A program made the position numbers and the translations under genes. Shown here piece after piece: positions 51,153-53,373 of a stretch of DNA of 53,373 nucleotides (positions within the stretch are counted from its first letter, which is position 1; each line of letters starts with the position of its first letter). The notes beneath the pieces were generated by a model, which did no database searches, was not told where the DNA came from, and saw only the letters and a list, made by a program, of their open reading frames with translations. The DNA comes from a virus (Duplodnaviria > Caudoviricetes). The DNA is taken from the IMG/VR virus record IMGVR_UViG_3300041964_000194, positions 1 through 53,373 of that record. The stretch is one strand, 5' to 3'.

Positions 51153-51449
51153 GTGTCAGCTGCAAGTATTTTAGGAGAACTAAAAGTGGATGTCCAACTA
51201 GCTCATCTTCGGGTTCAGGGTATCAATTTTGCCGTTTTTGATGCAGATGCTCGTTCTGGCCTGGATAGTGATAGAGCAAAATTGTTGCAGCAACTAACTG
51301 TCGCAGCCCGTGGCGCTGGCTTGAAAATTGACAAATCTGCTTTGGCTTACAGCAGGGCAGGAAGGCGTGAATACTACGGAACCAAGGATCTTGTTCGATA
51401 TTTAGCAAACAATGGAGTATCTCATTGGAATCACACAATCACCACTTAG
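51153..51449 (+). CDS. Hypothetical protein
   Basis: QGINFAVFDADA...YYGTKDLV.YL; the start may be later, after AGGAG at ~51173. Confidence 0.6.
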   Translation: MSAASILGELKVDVQLAHLRVQGINFAVFDADARSGLDSDRAKLLQQLTVAARGAGLKIDKSALAYSRAGRREYYGTKDLVRYLANNGVSHWNHTITT

Positions 51450-51680
51450 AATAAGAACCCCAAAGCCCGATCGAAATGCTCGATCGGGCTTGTTATTTTG
51501 TTGATTGAAGTAGAAGTAGTGGCAGTAGTTTTCCAAGCTTTAACCGTGCGACGCTGAAGCGCTGGCGTTAGATTCAGCAGGAGCTTGAGGCTGCTTGAAC
51601 CGCTGTGGGGAGAGGCTAGCACGGGAGCATCAATCCCTATCCCAAAGTGCCTTGTGTGGGGCTGAAGGCAGCCCCCAATC

Positions 51681-52398
51681 CTACCTAGCGACCGCTGCCG
51701 CGATAGAGCGAGGGTTGTCTGGCTGCGTAGTCTGTGCGCTGCCCTGCTCAGTGGCGATCGCGCCCGGAGCAAGCGTGGCGATGGCGATCGCAGCCACAGC
51801 CAATCCAGCAGTCCACTGACTCAACCGACCACCGTTAGCCCGCTCGACTGGGTTGCGAGCCAACTTCAGCAGTGCCTTTGCCGCTTCGGTGTAGCTGGGA
51901 TGCCGCACGCCATCGTTGTGAGGTTGGCGATCGACGTTCGTCACAATCCAGCCGCTGACTGACAGCTCGATCCGTCCCAAGAATTTGCGGTAGGGAGACT
52001 GCACAGAGACATCCCAAACGGCGCGATCGGTTTGGATGAGGCCAAACAGCGTTGCTCCTTCCCAGTGGTAGCTAGGCGGCAGAGCGCGATCGACCAATCC
52101 CAGTTCAAGAGCTGGCTGCATCGTGTCTGCGAAGCCTGCGATCTCAATCTCGCAGGTGTCGCTTGCGGGTTCGTTGCCGAGCGTGATCTGGTCGAACTGG
52201 CAGCAGCGCCCAACATTGGGAGTGCGATCGGACGGCTGCCAGAAGGGGCAGTTTGCACAGGTGCGGGCGATTCGAATTTCGCGAAAGTGTTGATACCATT
52301 TGATGAAGACCTCGTAAGGGTTGTACAGAGGCGATCGCGAGAGCTGTCCAGGCGTAGCGATCGCTTTTGTTTTGGGTAGGTGCGGTTGATTGCCTCAC
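51681..52398 (-). CDS. Hypothetical protein(s) with C-terminal TM (frameshifted)
   Basis: ORFs 52144-52398, 51941-52420 and 51681-52121 overlap in different frames. Confidence 0.4.
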
Positions 52399-52482
52399 CT
52401 AAACTAATATTACTACACACCTACACACATCAACAAGTATGTGTACTATGAACTCAGGTAAAGTTTATGTGTAGGTGTTGAT

Positions 52483-52710
52483 ATGGTCAGAGTCTTGTCG
52501 AAAGATTACCGAGTGAAGCCGGGTGCGTGGGGCGAGAGCAAGCAGCGCGTTCAAATTATGTTGACTCCGACTGCGATCGAGCGTGTCGATGCCCTTGCGG
52601 AGACAATGCAGCTTACTCGCGCCGAAGTGATTGAGAGATTAATTCGCTCTGACTGTCTTGACGCTGAAACCCTTCTATCTATCGATGGCGGAGATCTAGG
52701 CTTGTCATGA
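52483..52710 (+). CDS. RHH/CopG-family regulator
   Basis: KQRVQIMLTPTAIERVDALAETMQLTRAEVIERLIR. Confidence 0.75.
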   Translation: MVRVLSKDYRVKPGAWGESKQRVQIMLTPTAIERVDALAETMQLTRAEVIERLIRSDCLDAETLLSIDGGDLGLS

Positions 52711-53024
52711 CCCCATCTGAACCCTCTAGACTCGATCGCATCGAAGCACTGCTGGGCGCACTAGCCGATCGCCAGGAAGGCACCCAGCGGCAGCTTGACC
52801 AATCGATCACCGCCTCAAATGCCCGCACCGAGACGATATTTCTGGCGATTCAGCAGGTTGTTGAACAGCAGCAAGCGGCGCAAGCAGACTTTCGCGCCAG
52901 TATCACCGATGTCATGCAGATGCTCACGCTCCAGGCCGAGCAAATTGCTGAGATGCAGTCTGAAGTTCGCGGACTGCAAACAGAAAGTCGCCGAATTCTC
53001 GATGTTTTGCAAAACAGAGCCTGA
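52707..53024 (+). CDS. Coiled-coil hypothetical protein
   Basis: SRLDRIEALL...EVRGLQTESRRIL; ATGA overlap with the upstream gene. Confidence 0.65.
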   Translation: MTPSEPSRLDRIEALLGALADRQEGTQRQLDQSITASNARTETIFLAIQQVVEQQQAAQADFRASITDVMQMLTLQAEQIAEMQSEVRGLQTESRRILDVLQNRA

Positions 53025-53071
53025 CGAGCGCGAGTGATGGCGGCTGGCGATCGTCGTATTCCATTGGTATA

Positions 53072-53127
53072 CACAAAACATGAACCCCGCGATCGAGCTG
53101 AGGCGATCGCGGGGTTCATGTTTTGTG
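53072..53127. terminator. Bidirectional terminator, 24-bp perfect stem
   Basis: CACAAAACATGAACCCCGCGATCG-8 nt-CGATCGCGGGGTTCATGTTTTGTG between convergent genes. Confidence 0.75.
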
Positions 53128-53136
53128 GCGTGAAAG

Positions 53137-53373
53137 CTATTCGCTGCCGTCTCTGAGCCACTGCTCAATCAGTTCGTCCAGCGTAAGCCCTTGGTATTTT
53201 GCGATCGCCTCCAGCTCTCTCTCGATTTCTGGCCAGTTCGCTTCGATTCGGTTTTGCACAATATTCGCTGCCAGTGTTGCGCGGGTCGTGCCCTTAAGTT
53301 TTGCCCACAACACTAACTTGCGGTGATACCAGTCTGGCAGTCCGATCGTAAAGCGAACCATGAGATTTTCCAT
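53137..53373 (-). CDS. RHH-like small protein
   Basis: VRFTIGLPDWYHRKLVLWAKLKGTTRATLAANIV. Confidence 0.65.
   Translation of the reverse strand: MENLMVRFTIGLPDWYHRKLVLWAKLKGTTRATLAANIVQNRIEANWPEIERELEAIAKYQGLTLDELIEQWLRDGSE

Larger units (their letters stand above)
1..53373. mobile_element. Temperate siphovirus or prophage of a cyanobacterium
   Basis: Head, non-contractile tail, lysis, integration, replication and repressor modules are present; no sheath gene was seen; HIP1-rich. Confidence 0.93.

Overview
This 53.4 kb window looks like an almost complete temperate siphovirus or prophage of a cyanobacterium; HIP1 (GCGATCGC) is dense in the core genes. From left to right it contains: a holin-like gene; an Xer-like tyrosine recombinase with its own dif-like site; HU; terminase, portal, scaffold and capsid genes; fibre genes; a GH24 endolysin split by an IS630; a MuF head protein carrying kinase-like and ADP-ribosyltransferase-like domains; tail genes and tape measure; a cargo region (OLD-like ATPase-TOPRIM, tnpB, RelA/SpoT-like plus HEPN, DUF488 pair); an internal att-like tRNA-Pro fragment; integrase and Xis; a primase-VirE replication gene; a CI/RHH switch; TcmP plus DUF5131; and small regulators. 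Many genes carry 1-bp indels, often in homopolymers. These are most likely long-read errors, so reconstructed gene bounds are approximate and pseudogene status usually cannot be judged. The most notable observations are: (1) an 11-bp motif, (G/C)T(A/G)GGAACG(A/C)T, upstream of ten late genes; (2) the MuF-kinase-ART effector; (3) a TnpB whose predicted guide begins exactly at a 421-bp diverged duplicate of a phage gene; and (4) the candidate defence cargo. All family calls come from reading motifs by eye; no database search was run.
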